A stretch of DNA of 64,000 nt from Felis catus (Eukaryota): contig NC_058383.1 of assembly GCF_018350175.1 (NCBI RefSeq), positions 27,468,001 through 27,532,000 of the forward strand, read 5' to 3'. Positions within the stretch are counted from its first letter, which is position 1. The number at the start of each line of letters is the position of its first letter. Below are positions 1 through 11,877 of the stretch, piece after piece. The notes under the pieces are model-generated. The model did no database searches, was not told the DNA's origin, and saw only the letters and a list, made by a program, of their open reading frames with translations. The translations under genes and the position numbers were made by a program.

Positions 1-1018
1 TCTCCCTGTCTCCTGCGTCCCTGGATGGAGACACCACGGGGACATCGATCGTGTGTGACTGTTCATTACCTCTATTTGATGCCCTACATAGCCGGCCCGC
101 ATGATCGGCTCAATTATGGGATGGAAAAGGGAGCCTGAACAGAAATTTACAGCCTTTTTTTTTTTTTTTTTTTTTACCTCCAAAGGCTTACAACCTCTGA
201 GCCAAGAGTCTCCAAATACTTTTGATCAAGGACGCCCCCTTCAAAAAAAAAAGTGAACGAACACCCGGTTAGGTGACTAATTACCTATAAATTCTATGTT
301 GAACTGTATACCTTCCAAATGACAATGCACATGCAAAAAAGAGCCACTGAAAAGCACCAGATAACAATGCAAAATGAGCAGAAGTTCTAATGTTTTCATC
401 CAGCATCCCACCGGATCGTGTAACCTTTCCCTGTTTTAGACTGTTTTGACCTAACCTCAGAGGATCAGAGGGTAACTGTTTCTAGTTCACGCAGAATGGG
501 TATGAGCATCTTCTGGGGAAAGGCAAGGAATCGCAGCTAGAATGACAGAGAGGTATTTTTCTCGAGGCTTCTACGTCTGTCGCTCCCCATGATCCTGGCA
601 TGTCTTTTCTCTGACTCCCTCGAATCTTGTTCCAGCCAGAGCAGGGGCCCGGCAAGCTAAAGGTTTACTTATTTTTTTTTCCCCTCCTCCTCCTGGCCTC
701 ACCCATTACCTGGGATTAAACGAGACTGAGGGGCTGGTCTGAATTCAAGAGCGGGATTTGAAGGTGCCTGGCCCTTATCTTGCTGGGGTTTCTTGTTGTA
801 CTTGGAAGAGCAACTTTTACTTCTCAAGGTGGGTGGGGGATTTCTGCGAATGTCTCATGCTTTGGAAAAAGCAAGGCTGCCAGGAGACGTGTCCAGATAC
901 TGTTTCCTTTGGTGTCACAACAGTTTTCAAAGAGCCACGCCGTCTCCTCCCCCATCCCACTCAACCAGCCAAATGAGATCCAGCTGTGTCCCAGGCCTCC
1001 CCTGTACCCTCCCCCAAG

Positions 1019-1040
1019 CCCCCCCCCCCCCCCCCCCCCC
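1019..1040. repeat. poly(C)22 homopolymer
   Basis: 22 consecutive C read directly; it produces the poly-Pro/Gly runs in the overlapping ORFs. Confidence 0.95.
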
Positions 1041-2410
1041 GCCATCCACCAGCTCTGCAGTGAGCCGCCCCTGTGGAAACTTCCCAGCCTGTGTCTCTGA
1101 GCTGACACCCGGAACCTGGCTGTGCTCATTATCCAGACCCGGGGTCTCAGCAAACTCTCTGCCAGGTGCCTCCCTTGGAGCAGCCAGGGGCTTGGGAATA
1201 AGGCCACCAGATGCCCCTCTAAGTTAACCCGCTTTCTTCCTGGGCTTGGCCCTGCGTGCCAGTTTGGGTGACCAGACAGGTTGCCTAGGCCTGTCCTAGT
1301 TTTAGCACCGAACATCTCATGTCCCCCAAACCCCCTCACTCCAAGAGCGACCAACTCAGAAATTCGCAGGACAGGATGCAAAATGAAAAGTGCAGGAATT
1401 GCTGGAAACCTTAGTAAGAATTTCAAGACTGCGATACCAGAGCATTAAGCCACATGCGGTGTCCTGATCATGGGGCCCTTGTGTGACTGTACCTGCTGCT
1501 CATGGAGCCAGCCCTGCTCCCAGGCAAACCACGACTGCTACCCTACTCCAAATACATAGATCTAGTAAAAAAAAAAAAAAAAAGTGTGGTTACCTCCACA
1601 AGGTTGTTAGTTTCTCAAAGCAACACATATCGCCGAGGCAACAGAGCTTGCCTGCCATCCTTCCATCCATGCCCTGGCCTAGGCCGGACCTTCCTGAAAC
1701 ACACAACCACTCCACTCCCCCGCTCAGAGCCCTTCAACGCCCTCCTGGCTGTCCAGAGTATTCGCAGATGGGAGTGACAATAAGGACACAAAAACTGCAA
1801 GGTGCGAGTAGTGACTTATCTTTGCTATACTGTTGCTTAACTATGTCCCAACATAAAACTCAGCATCAACGCCCCGTGTGCTCGTAGCTCTTATCCAATG
1901 GCGAAACCAAATTTATAAATTAAAACAAAAAAAGTCAGACTACAGAACCAGGAAACTTCAGATTAACAACATCAATTCGGTGGGTTGCTTTGCCAAAACT
2001 ACAGGGCCTGTGGCGGAGGGAGTAGGGTACCACATTGAATGCTGCGATGTGGGCCCTTTGTCACTGTGTCCTGGTCCCAGGATGGCTCAGGTCTCTGGTC
2101 CCTTTCCTGAGTTTGAACAAGGTAGGATAACTTTGTTCGAATGCCGCACTCTGACACTATTAGAAACTCACTTGCAACAAAGCCACCCTTTAAGGATCGG
2201 TTCCATGTCTGCTCTTTTCCCAATAACCCATGACAGTGAAGGACATGCTAATTAGCGCTGGTGAGATCATAAATATTAATGCGGACATGGACACTGTCAT
2301 TCCATTGCAACTGTAAGTGCATTCCATTGCAGGTTATAAGTGGGCCACCCAAATGATCTAAAAAATACCTATGCTAATTTTAAAATTATGGGTGAACTAG
2401 GACTAGCAAT

Positions 2411-2590
2411 CATCAGCATTTATTGAGCAACTCCTATGTGCCAAGCACTGTTGTAAGTTCTTGCCAAATTATCATTTACTTAATCCTCACAACTCTATAG
2501 GGTAGACAGAATTATTAATGCCATATTATCAATGACAAGCCTAAGGCTCAAAGTGGTGACCTCAACTTGTCCTGAGTCATCTCACCAGAA
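2411..2590 (-). mobile_element. MIR SINE
   Basis: catttattgagcaactcctatgtgccaagcactg...taatcctcacaac...aaggctcaaag...cttgtcctgagtca is the reverse complement of the MIR 3' end and core. Confidence 0.85.
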
Positions 2591-3152
2591 GGTTTCTAAG
2601 AAAATCCTCAAAGTGAACTCCCGGACCGCTGATCAGGCATAAAGGACCTTGAGAGGTTCTTGGCTCTCATCTGGCATCCCTGGCCCACAGAACGAAGTTC
2701 AAACTTCTCCATTTGCCAATAAAAGACTTCTCTGTCTTGCTTGTCGACCTCCCCATCTTATCACACATCTTTAGTGCTGCTAAGGAAACTCCAAGAGGGG
2801 CATCAAGCTCTTTCACATTTCTCTGTTCTTTATGCTCAAAAGTCTTCTCTCGGCCTGGGATGTTCTTGTCCTTTCCCACCTGCAAACCTCTGTGTTCTGC
2901 AAGATGCTCAGTGTCACTTCTCTGGGATGCTGTTTCCAAATAAGGCAAGGCTGATGAGTCTCCTTTGTGTTCCCACAGTGCCAAGGTCTCAGCTTTTTTT
3001 CCCGAAGACATCATTAGCCTCCTCACAGCCCCAGCACTGGAAGCCCTCGGCGCTAAGCCAGCCAAACCCCCCTCTTTCGGAGATTTTAAACTAGATGACC
3101 CGGAGCCTAGGAATGTGGACTCAGAGGCTGTGCTATACTAACACCTTGCACG

Positions 3153-3383
3153 TATTTGTTCAGTGCTCATTTTGCAGCGGGCCCTGTTCTAAGCCTGTGC
3201 ATATTTCACCTTATTTCAAGCCCACAGCAATCCTACAAGGCGGGTACCACTGTCTCCCTATGTTACAGGCAAGGAAGCTGGCGGGCAGAGAGAACGACGA
3301 CTCCCCCACCATCGTACCAACAATGGCAGCACCAGCATGTGAACCTGGAGTCCCTGCTTTGAGCCTTGAGGCCACGCTGCCTC
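3153..3383 (-). mobile_element. MIR SINE (diverged)
   Basis: ctgttctaagc...cccacagcaatcctacaaggcgggtacc...tgttacaggcaaggaagctgg...tgtgaacctgg follows the reverse MIR. Confidence 0.7.
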
Positions 3384-3839
3384 TTCTACTTCAGGAGAGC
3401 CAAGACTGGGGCGGCTGCTGTCATGGCAAAAGCCCGGGCAAGCTGGGAGTGCACCAGAGACTTGATGGAAGAAAAAAAAAAAAAAGGAGATGCTGGTTCA
3501 TTGTGAATAGACAGGAGCAACGGCAGGACAGAACTCAAGCCCACAGAGAGAGGCAGAGAGATTCGTTTGTCCCCAACCACTGAGGCCCCAGCCACTGTTC
3601 CTAAGGACTTGCTGGACATCTTGTCTTGGAGTCAAGGGCTCCCCTCACACCTTTTCCATTGATGTGTTTTTAAAACCCGACTTAGACGGGGTGAGTTTCT
3701 TTTCTTTGCACCAGTACTAAAAAAACACAAAAACACTGGAAATCCACCAGCACGGCCCTGAGAACCAATATGCATTTTTGCTGCGCCTGAAAGGAAGCTT
3801 GCCTGTTGGCTCAGGAGGCAAGATTTGGATCATACTTAC

Positions 3840-3967
3840 ACAAACTTTTTTCGCATAAGTATATCCCATGCAATGACATTTAGAACATACTTACACTAAG
3901 AATTCATTTGTTGTTTCTCTGAAGTTCAAATTTCACTGGGTGCTCTGTATTTTATCTGGCACCCCTA
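3840..3967. mobile_element. MER53-like palindromic hAT MITE (partial)
   Basis: ataagtatatcccatgcaat...catacttacactaa...gttcaaatttcactgggtgctctgtattttatctggcaccccta matches the MER53 centre and right arm. Confidence 0.8.
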
Positions 3968-3982
3968 ATCGGGGATCGTGTG

Positions 3983-4071
3983 GGAACTGCAGAATCCCAG
4001 GCCTCCCGAGACCCCCAGAATCTGCATTTTAACAGTCGATTAGCATGCATATTAAAGTTTGAGAGGTCCAG
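3983..4071 (+). mobile_element. MER5-type hAT-Charlie fragment
   Basis: tgcagaatcccaggcc...cagaatctgcattttaaca...catattaaagtttgaga. Confidence 0.7.
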
Positions 4072-5705
4072 CTAAAAGATGAATCCGAAGATAAATACTT
4101 AAGACAGTATAGCAGCTCCTTGGTCATCAGAAACCCAAACTCTTCCTATCTTTTTCTCTCCAACATCCCTATCTCATGGTTTCCATCCTCTGGGCCACTT
4201 CATGGTCCAAGAGAGCTTCTTGGGGTTCTCTCTACAAGTCTGGCCTCCAAATGGAAGCAAAAGGGTAAGATCAAGAGCGATTGCCCAATGACTCCACCCA
4301 AAGGCCTCCCCTCACATCTCACTAGCTGCTGCTATCTGCAAGGGAAGCTGGGACATGTAGTTTTGCAGTTGGGCCCAGGTACCTCCATGACTTAGGTGTG
4401 CATATGTGTTTGGGGGGGGGGGGGTTGTTATTGACCAAGTTGTCCAGGTTGACCAGGCGGCCCTGACCATGGCAAAGGAGCAGGGAAGGGCAACCAGACC
4501 CCTAAAATAAGATGACTTCAAAGAAAGGGGTAAGTCCTAGCTGTGTTAATTACAGTGCTCAGTTCAACAATAGGGTCCCTGAGTCTCTTCACAGAGGAGA
4601 CATATTTGGGTGTGGTTTTGGCTGATGCAGGAAGCTCCCAGAGACCCAGAGACCTTAACACGATGCTTGCACTCCTGAGAACAATGGCTGATCGCAAGAG
4701 GTGTGGTTACAAAACGAGCACGGAACACTGTTGGCTGTGCCGAACCCCAAGGAAGCGGATGGTGGACTCTCACAGAACCACTGCAGCCTCTGTTGGGATT
4801 TAGGTTTTACCAAGTGGAGCATCTGTGAGCGGGGCAGAACCGGTCTTCCACAGCGACACCATGTGGCTGCGAGAAGCAATGGCAGCGGTGGGCTGAGCAG
4901 ACTCCTGGCCTCTGCTCCACTGCTGAGGATGCCTGATCCCCTCCAGCCTGGATAAGCCCTGGAGGAGTAGGACCGCGGCGGAAGGTTCTAAGTGGAGTAC
5001 TTAGCGTCTCACTGGTAAAGACGTGCAAGTGTTTAGATGGAAACACAAACGAGACGTGAACACGTTTGCACTCTGAGAGTGACGAGTGGAGAGAATCAAC
5101 GTGGTAGTGGGGATGATGGTGAAGGAGGTATTTTTGGTGAGGACAACTTTTCGTTGCCCATCAAATCTCACCCCTTAAGTTGGAGTAGGCCAAACCCATA
5201 GCTACTCTGGGATCTTTTCAAGCCGGATTTCTCTCATGTAATGCCAAACTGGATTGAATCAGGGTTTCTTGATGTTTGTTATACGCACCATGCCAAATAC
5301 ACTTCCAAAGCAAGAAGGATTTCTCTTCAAATAGCAGTTGAGCACAGCAGGCAAGTCGTGACTGGAATTAGCCTGTTCCGTGCTGCCTTATTAACAAACT
5401 GCCTCGTTTTTAAGTGGCATTCCTTTTGAGGCAATTTGCAGAAAAGTGATAAAAATGCCCTCTGCCAAATCATAACTCCTTCTAGAGGAGTACGCAATGA
5501 CCCCACTTACTCTATTCTTTATGGGTGCTCCTGCAGAGACAGGCCTGGAGGGGTGAGAGACAGGTGAGATGTCTGCCTCCCGGCAAGGGAGGGAGCCCAC
5601 GGAATAAGAAGCCACAGACGGCTGAGTCTGGGGGACATACTAAGAGCTGTCAATGAGAAGAGGGAGGGGGGGCTCAGTCTTTGCAGGCAAAGTGCCTGGT
5701 TAGCC

Positions 5706-5744
5706 AACAAACAAACAAACAAACAAACAAACAAACAAACAAAC
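5706..5744. repeat. (AAAC)n microsatellite
   Basis: direct read. Confidence 0.95.
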
Positions 5745-6276
5745 CTACCCCAGATCCCCAAACAACCAAAAACCCTTTTGTCTCTGCATATAAGGAGAAT
5801 ATTTAGAAGAGGGAGAAGAAGAGGGAAAAACATCAGGAAAAGAAGGGAAGGGGGAAGAGACACTGGAATGTAAAGAGCTGAAATATTAAGTGGATTGTGT
5901 AAAACCCACCCGATGGTTTCAGTGCCTGTGATTCATCGGTTACAAGTGGCTTCAATTTCCTTTGAAATCCAGATGTGTTAGAAAAGACGACGGAACGAGG
6001 GTAGGATAAAAGGGAGCCTGGGTCTGATAGTTTTTCCTGAAAACAGAGATTTGGATATTTTTGGTCACCCCCTCTGGTTTCTCAGTGCTGGCTGGATTCA
6101 ACAGATGGTGGAGGACAAGTCCACTCTCTGGAGAGAAAGGGGTTTCAGAGGCTGGAACACGGAGCTCAGAGCTTCCAGTGTGAAGAGACATTGCAACCAG
6201 GCCATGTGGGAATTAAATCAGGACCTCGGCTTATTGCCACAGCTTGCCAGTGTTACTACAGCCCACGGTTGGCTCT

Positions 6277-6915
6277 GAGCATCTTTCTAAAACATACCAG
6301 CAACCGTGGCTTCATTTTGTGGATGCAGCTCCAGACGTTGTTTTGAAGAATGCCAGCTTTGTTCCTGACCTCCCACAGCTCACTCTTTGCAGAATTCAGA
6401 TCGAATCAATGTCTTGAGGATGATCTCCATCCCCTCTCTGACCAAATCTCCCCATACATTCACTCTGCTCCAGCCACACAGACCTCTTCAGAATCCCTTG
6501 GCCGTGGCAGGCAGACAAGCACCTACCTCAGGGCCTTTGAATGCGCTGTTTTCTCTGTTTAAAACTCTTATTTCTCAAGACATCTGCTTGCCCCTCATGT
6601 CTTCAGGTCTCACCTCAAACACCACCTTCCCTGATGGCTCTCCTTAAAAGTTCTAAATAGCCCATTGCTTCCTAACTCCCGTGTCTACTTCACCAATTTT
6701 TTTTCTCCTAAGCACTTATTCCTATCTAATATGGTACACAACTTACTGGATTAATGTATGCTTTGTGTCTCTCCCAACTAGATTGAATGCTCCATGAGGA
6801 CAGGCTGTTGATTTGTTCTGTTCACTGCTCAATTCCCAGTACCAAGGACAAAGCCTCCAACATGGTAGGCCCTTAATATATGTTTGTTAAATGAACTAAT
6901 AAATAGATAAGAATG
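6277..6915 (+). mobile_element. L2 LINE 3' portion (L2a-like)
   Basis: ctctgctccagccacac...ctcagggcctttg...ctagattgaatgctccatgaggacagg...gttcactgct...aatatatgtttgttaaatgaa, a typical L2 3' end. Confidence 0.85.
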
Positions 6916-6925
6916 GGTGTTTAGG

Positions 6926-7113
6926 GGGGCACCCGGGTGGCTCAGTTGGTTAAGCATCTGACTTCGGCTCAGGTCATGATCTCATGGCTCGTGAGTTTAA
7001 GCCCGCGCCGGGCTCTGTGCTGACAGCTCAGGGCCTGGAGCCCACTTCAGATTCTGTGTCTCCTCTCTCTGCCCCTCACCAGCTCATGATGTCTCTCTCT
7101 CTCTCAAAAAAAA
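6926..7113 (+). mobile_element. SINEC (CAN-SINE, feliform type)
   Basis: ggggcacccgggtggctcagttggttaagc tRNA-like head, CT-rich region, A tail; degenerate TSD ggtgtttagg/ggcatttagg. Confidence 0.95.
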
Positions 7114-8689
7114 ATTATATATATAGGCATTTAGGCAATTCAAAAAGATGAGAGCATAGCAGAGCCTGGAGTTAAGCAGTCAGTGGAATGCTGAGTTCAC
7201 AGTGACTTGGTTTCATTTCCACAAGAAACTCAACTATATATCTGTTAGAATATGCCCACGTTGGTCTGTGAGGAAGACCCAGGGACCATGGCCAATGCTA
7301 GGACCACCCTGGGGATGGCAGAGATGCCCTTCATTGTGCCACACGTTAGCCAGAGCCCCTGATGGCTCCCCCAGGGTCATTTGCCTTGACCTTTGCATTC
7401 AAGGCCCTCCCCAGCTTAGTACCAATCAGCTTTACTTTCTGTATCTCTAATACTTTCCCATACGATGTCCATTCACACAACAAAATGTCTCATGTTTACC
7501 TTAAAAATCCATCCCAAGTTTGCATTCAACTCCATTATATAGTTTTGCTTGGTAGAATATTAAAAGAACAATTTTGTTGACAGACTCTTAAGTTTAGCTC
7601 AACTCTGTCACTTTTACTCATTGAAATGGGGTGTCAGGACATTCCACAGATTCAGGGTTTCTGTTTTCCTTCTCAGGGAGTTTCTCAGTATCTCGGGCCC
7701 TTGAATATACTAAGAACGACTGGCTTTTCTTTGGTGGCATTTGTTTAGCAACAAACAAAGTGTAATCCTGGAGCTCAGCCCCATGCAACGTCTACCATGC
7801 TGTTCAACCCACAGCACACATTGCCATATATGCCATATAATCACATTGACACAAACACAAACATAAATACACAGACATGCTGCATCAGACACATACAAGA
7901 CACAAACATGAAGATGTACACACGAGTGTAGACACATATGAGGCAAGCGTCCATAAAGACATGAAATTTCTTGGTCTAAGTTCAGCTAAGCTCTCAATGC
8001 TCTGTGTAGACAATCCTGGAAGATAACATGGAAAGACACTAACAGGATCATGCTTAATGAGAAGAGGCATGGATTCTTCATCCTCGTAGGTGGCCCATTT
8101 CCTTTTTCTCTACCTAGGATTGACTGTCTTGACCCACTCAAACTTTTGGCTTGGTTTTGTACTGAAGTGACCATAGCCCAACCTTATGCTGGGTGGTTCT
8201 GATATGCCCTGACTTCGCCAAACCATTAAGTAAGTCACTCTACAGGCATTATCTTAAGACAAAGTATTTGCATTGGGGAGGTGCTACAGATAACAGTAGG
8301 AAGGGCTCTGCTTCGAGAAGCAATAAGGAATCGTAGGCAGGGAAAAGTCAAAATAGGAACACACTTACAACTCTTAATTTTTTTTTTTGATCCTTCAAAC
8401 TGAGGTAAGTGTTCTGAGGGTGGAACCTGTGACAATATGAAGTCACCGTAAGGGATGTGACAAAGGAAGCTATTTCAGGGGAGTCAGGCAGGAGTGAGGA
8501 ATCTCTTTGCCCTCTTGCCCTTCCAAGCCTCTTTGTATCTTCCCCCTCTTTTAGCTATTTTGGAAACAATCTCAAAAGGCTTTCTCTACTAGGTATGGAA
8601 CTATTCATCCCATATCACAAGTCTGGGATATAAGGCACACACATGTCTACACACACACACATCCACAGGGCTAAAAGTTTTCAGGAAAG

Positions 8690-8691
8690 TT

Positions 8692-8735
<44 letters not shown>

Positions 8736-8738
8736 TTT
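8690..8738. repeat. (TTTC)n microsatellite
   Basis: direct read. Confidence 0.95.
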
Positions 8739-9129
8739 AACGAAAAGCAATGTGGCAATTGATAAGCGCCATATCAATCTGGCCACGAAGTGAGAACTTT
8801 TTAAGGAAAGGAAGAATTGTTCTCATTAAGCCCTAAAACAGTATTGTTTTCCATTGACCATCTAAACCAATTTTCTCTATGTAGAATTGCTGTGTTAAAA
8901 AAAAAATTAGCTGTTGATACCATTCAATACCAATTAGATGGATTTTCCCCTCAACATAAGGTGCATTTGTAGTTTTTCTCAGTCTCATAATTAAAAAAAA
9001 GGTGATAAGCTATGTGTTCTGAATCAATTCACTTAGATTCCACTGGGGCAAAATGGAATGTATGCTGCTGAAATAAACAACAAAATCTCACTGCTCAGGA
9101 CACCTAAGGTGGTAGCAATAACGATGTGT

Positions 9130-9468
9130 TTTTGTTCTTCACCTGAGATCCACTGACCCAAGATATCTGTGGCTAGAATTCCGGAGTCTGTGAATTGGGT
9201 GAGAACAATTTGCTTATCGGTTGTCACAAAGTTCCACCTAACACTGAGCATGTCAGTCAATGATGAATATAAAGAAAAATGACTATAATATTAGTAACAT
9301 CTGTGACTTTTCACTTACAGAAATCATAGCTAAGATCAAACTACAGGCTTCTTTTGTAATGCAATGTAGTGTACTTTATGCATTTAAAAACATCATTGTA
9401 AGAAGGAGCCCATAGGTGACCTCAGGCTGCAGATGGGGTCCTTAGCACACTAAGGGTTAAAACCCCTG
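9130..9468 (+). mobile_element. MER119-like hAT-Charlie element with internal deletion
   Basis: both ends are recognisable (gttcttcacctgagatcca...; atgcatttaaaaacatcattgtaagaaggagcccatagg...ggttaaaacccctg); inverted homolog of the copy at 28832-29352. Confidence 0.7.
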
Positions 9469-10194
9469 TTCTAGGAAACCTGGGTCAGGAGGAAGCATCA
9501 GCGTCTGGCACAGCTGGTGGTGGTACCTGAAATCCCATCAGGAAACGCCTTTGGGCCCCGAAGCCTTCCCCACTACCCAGCAAAATGCATGTCCAAATGC
9601 CCCGGGATGAAATTTTTGCTACTGTATTTAAGGTTCTCTGGAGTGGCACTGGAGGTGAGGAGGAAGGATAAAAAGATCTCCCCCATCCCTCTGCATATTT
9701 AAAAATGGTATCTTATTCTGCATCAGTAGACGGTAAACTTTGGCCCCTTCATATTCTGATAGAAAAAAACTTTAAAAATTTATTTTTAATAAAACTTCTT
9801 TTTTAGAACAGTTGTTAGGCTGTGTTTTTTTCTGATAGTGAGCCTGGATCTGACTGCCCCCCACACCTCGCCTGTGTTCCCTCATTTGTTCTCACCACCC
9901 GTTTGCGGAGACACTGTCAACGAATCCGAATCCTCGTCGGTGTTGCAATACGCCTGCTGCACCACTCCTGGAATTGGATGGTGAGAGGAAAGTCCACTCC
10001 CAACAAGGTGCCATTTCTTGAGATAAGGCTGAGAAACAAAGGAAGCACCAGCATTAGCCATTTCTCTTCTACTGAGTTGTAATTAGGCCTCGACTTTAGG
10101 CTGTGGCTCAAATACCTGACCTTTTTAAAAAAATTCCAATAGGCTCAGGTTCAGGGCAGCCGCCCACCTAAACTTCCTGCCTGGGAATGGTCAT

Positions 10195-10225
10195 CTGCCA
10201 CCTGGTGGCTGAATGGGGAATTGCA
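10195..10225 (-). promoter_or_regulatory. CTCF site, core plus upstream motif
   Basis: minus strand TGCAATTCCCCATTCAG-CCACCAGGTGGCAG: exact match to core CCASYAGRKGGCRS, with a TGCAGTTCC-like upstream module at canonical spacing. Confidence 0.7.
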
Positions 10226-10584
10226 CCCTTCCCTTGGCCCAGGAAGGCGATCACCCTGGAAGGGCCAGGCTGGACAAGGCTGAACCCCCATTGCCCTGAC
10301 AAAGCAGGACATCAGGGAAAATCTGAGGCTGAGGCTCTGCACCTAGCACTGGGTGAGATGTCGATACCCTCAGTCTACACTGTGGACACATCTGGATGCC
10401 TTATGGAACTGTTTCCACAGTACCTCTGGCCGGGTAGATGTAATCATAGCCTCCATCAGAAGGTCATGTTAAGAGTTTTTCTGAAAAAAACTAACTTCCT
10501 GGGGAAAACATACTCAAACAGAACATAATTACAACTTGTTACATCTAAATGATCCTGGTAAGTGAGTTGCTCTTGTTATTAGGC

Positions 10585-10815
10585 TTTGTTTGATGCTAGG
10601 CACTGTGTTGTGCTTTGCATACAACATCTCATCTGCTTTTTTCTTTTTTAACAGCTCTGAGAGCTAGAGAGTAAATAATCCGGTGATGAAACCAAAGCTC
10701 AGTGAAGCTAAAATACTGTCCAGGTTCCCAAGGATGGTATGTGACAGAACCAGCAGTTTGGTGCAGATCTTTCTGACACCAAAGCCCCTAGCTGACTGCT
10801 ATGCTATGCTGCTTC
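10585..10815 (-). mobile_element. MIR SINE
   Basis: gctaggcactgtgttgtgctttgcatac...gatgaaaccaaagctcagtgaag...tttctgacaccaaagccc...tgctatgctatgctgc. Confidence 0.75.
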
Positions 10816-10816
10816 A

Positions 10817-10819
<3 letters not shown>

Positions 10820-10861
<42 letters not shown>
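10820..10861. repeat. (CA)n microsatellite
   Basis: direct read. Confidence 0.95.
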
Positions 10862-10863
<2 letters not shown>

Positions 10864-11057
10864 AAGGATGTAAAAGATCAGTATTTTACTAAACTACCCT
10901 CTATACAGGAAACATATCATCAAAGTACAAATCTAGTGCTAGTACTAGGGAGACAAGTTAGTTACAGGCAGACAGGAGAGAATAGACTACTGTTCATTAC
11001 ATTATGGTTGCAATGGAATTGTCAAGTGTTTGCCTTTTATTAAAAATACTGTTTTAA

Positions 11058-11859
11058 TCGCTCTTCATCAGGGAAATACAAATCAAAACCACACTCAGAT
11101 ATCACCTCACGCCAGTGAGAGTGGCCAAAATGAACAAATCAGGAGACTATAGATGCTGGAGAGGATGTGGAGAAACGGGAACCCTCTTGCACTGTTGGTG
11201 GGAATGCAAACTGGTGCAGCCACTCTGGAAAACAGTGTGGAAGTTCCTCAAAAAATTAAAAATAGACCTACCCTATGACCCAGCAATAGCACTGCTAGGA
11301 ATTTACCCAAGGAATACAGGAGTCCTGATGCATAGGGGCACTTGTACCCCAATGTTTATAGCAGCACTCTCAACAATAGCCAAATTATGGAAAGAGCCTA
11401 CATGTCCGTCAAATGATGAATGGATAAAGAAATTGTGGTTTATATACACAATGGAGTACTATGTGGCAATGAGAAAGAATGAAATATGGCCCTTTGTAGC
11501 AACGTGGATGGAACTGGAGAGTGTGATGCTAAGTGAAATAAGCCATACAGAGAAAGACAGATACCATATGTTTTCACTCTTATGTGGATCCTGAGAACCT
11601 TAACAGAAACCCATGGGGGAGGGGAAGGAAGGAAAAAAAAAAAGAGGTTAGCGTGGGAGAGAGCCAAAGCATAAGAGGCTCTTAAAAACTGAGAACAAAC
11701 TGAGGGTTGATGCGGGGTGGGAGGAAGGGGAGGGTAGGTGATGGGTATTGAAGAGGGCATCTTTTGGGATGAGCACTGGGGTGCTGTATGGAAACCAATT
11801 TGACAATAAATTTCATATATCAAAAAAAAATAAAGAAAATAATAAGAAAGAGAAAAAAC
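11058..11859 (+). mobile_element. Young 5'-truncated felid L1 (L1_Fc-like): ORF2 C-terminus, 3'UTR and A-rich tail
   Basis: open frame [20 protein letters not shown]...[18 protein letters not shown]...HMFSLLCGS* (stop at 11594); G-rich 3'UTR; A tail; TSD tactgttttaa at 11047-11057 and 11860-11870. Confidence 0.97.
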
Positions 11860-11877
11860 TACTGTTTTAAATCCATA

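Noticed and set aside
190..445. Possible old hAT-Charlie fragment
   Set aside because: Similarity too faint to name or bound from memory
758..1426. Overlapping 100-200 aa ORFs with poly-Pro/Gly
   Set aside because: Driven by the poly(C) tract and local GC content; no recognisable domain or splice structure
2667..3094. 132-aa and 117-aa ORFs
   Set aside because: Overlap L2-like degraded sequence; no protein family recognisable
11115..11594. 159-aa ORF as a host gene
   Set aside because: It is the L1 ORF2 C-terminus within a TSD-flanked truncated L1
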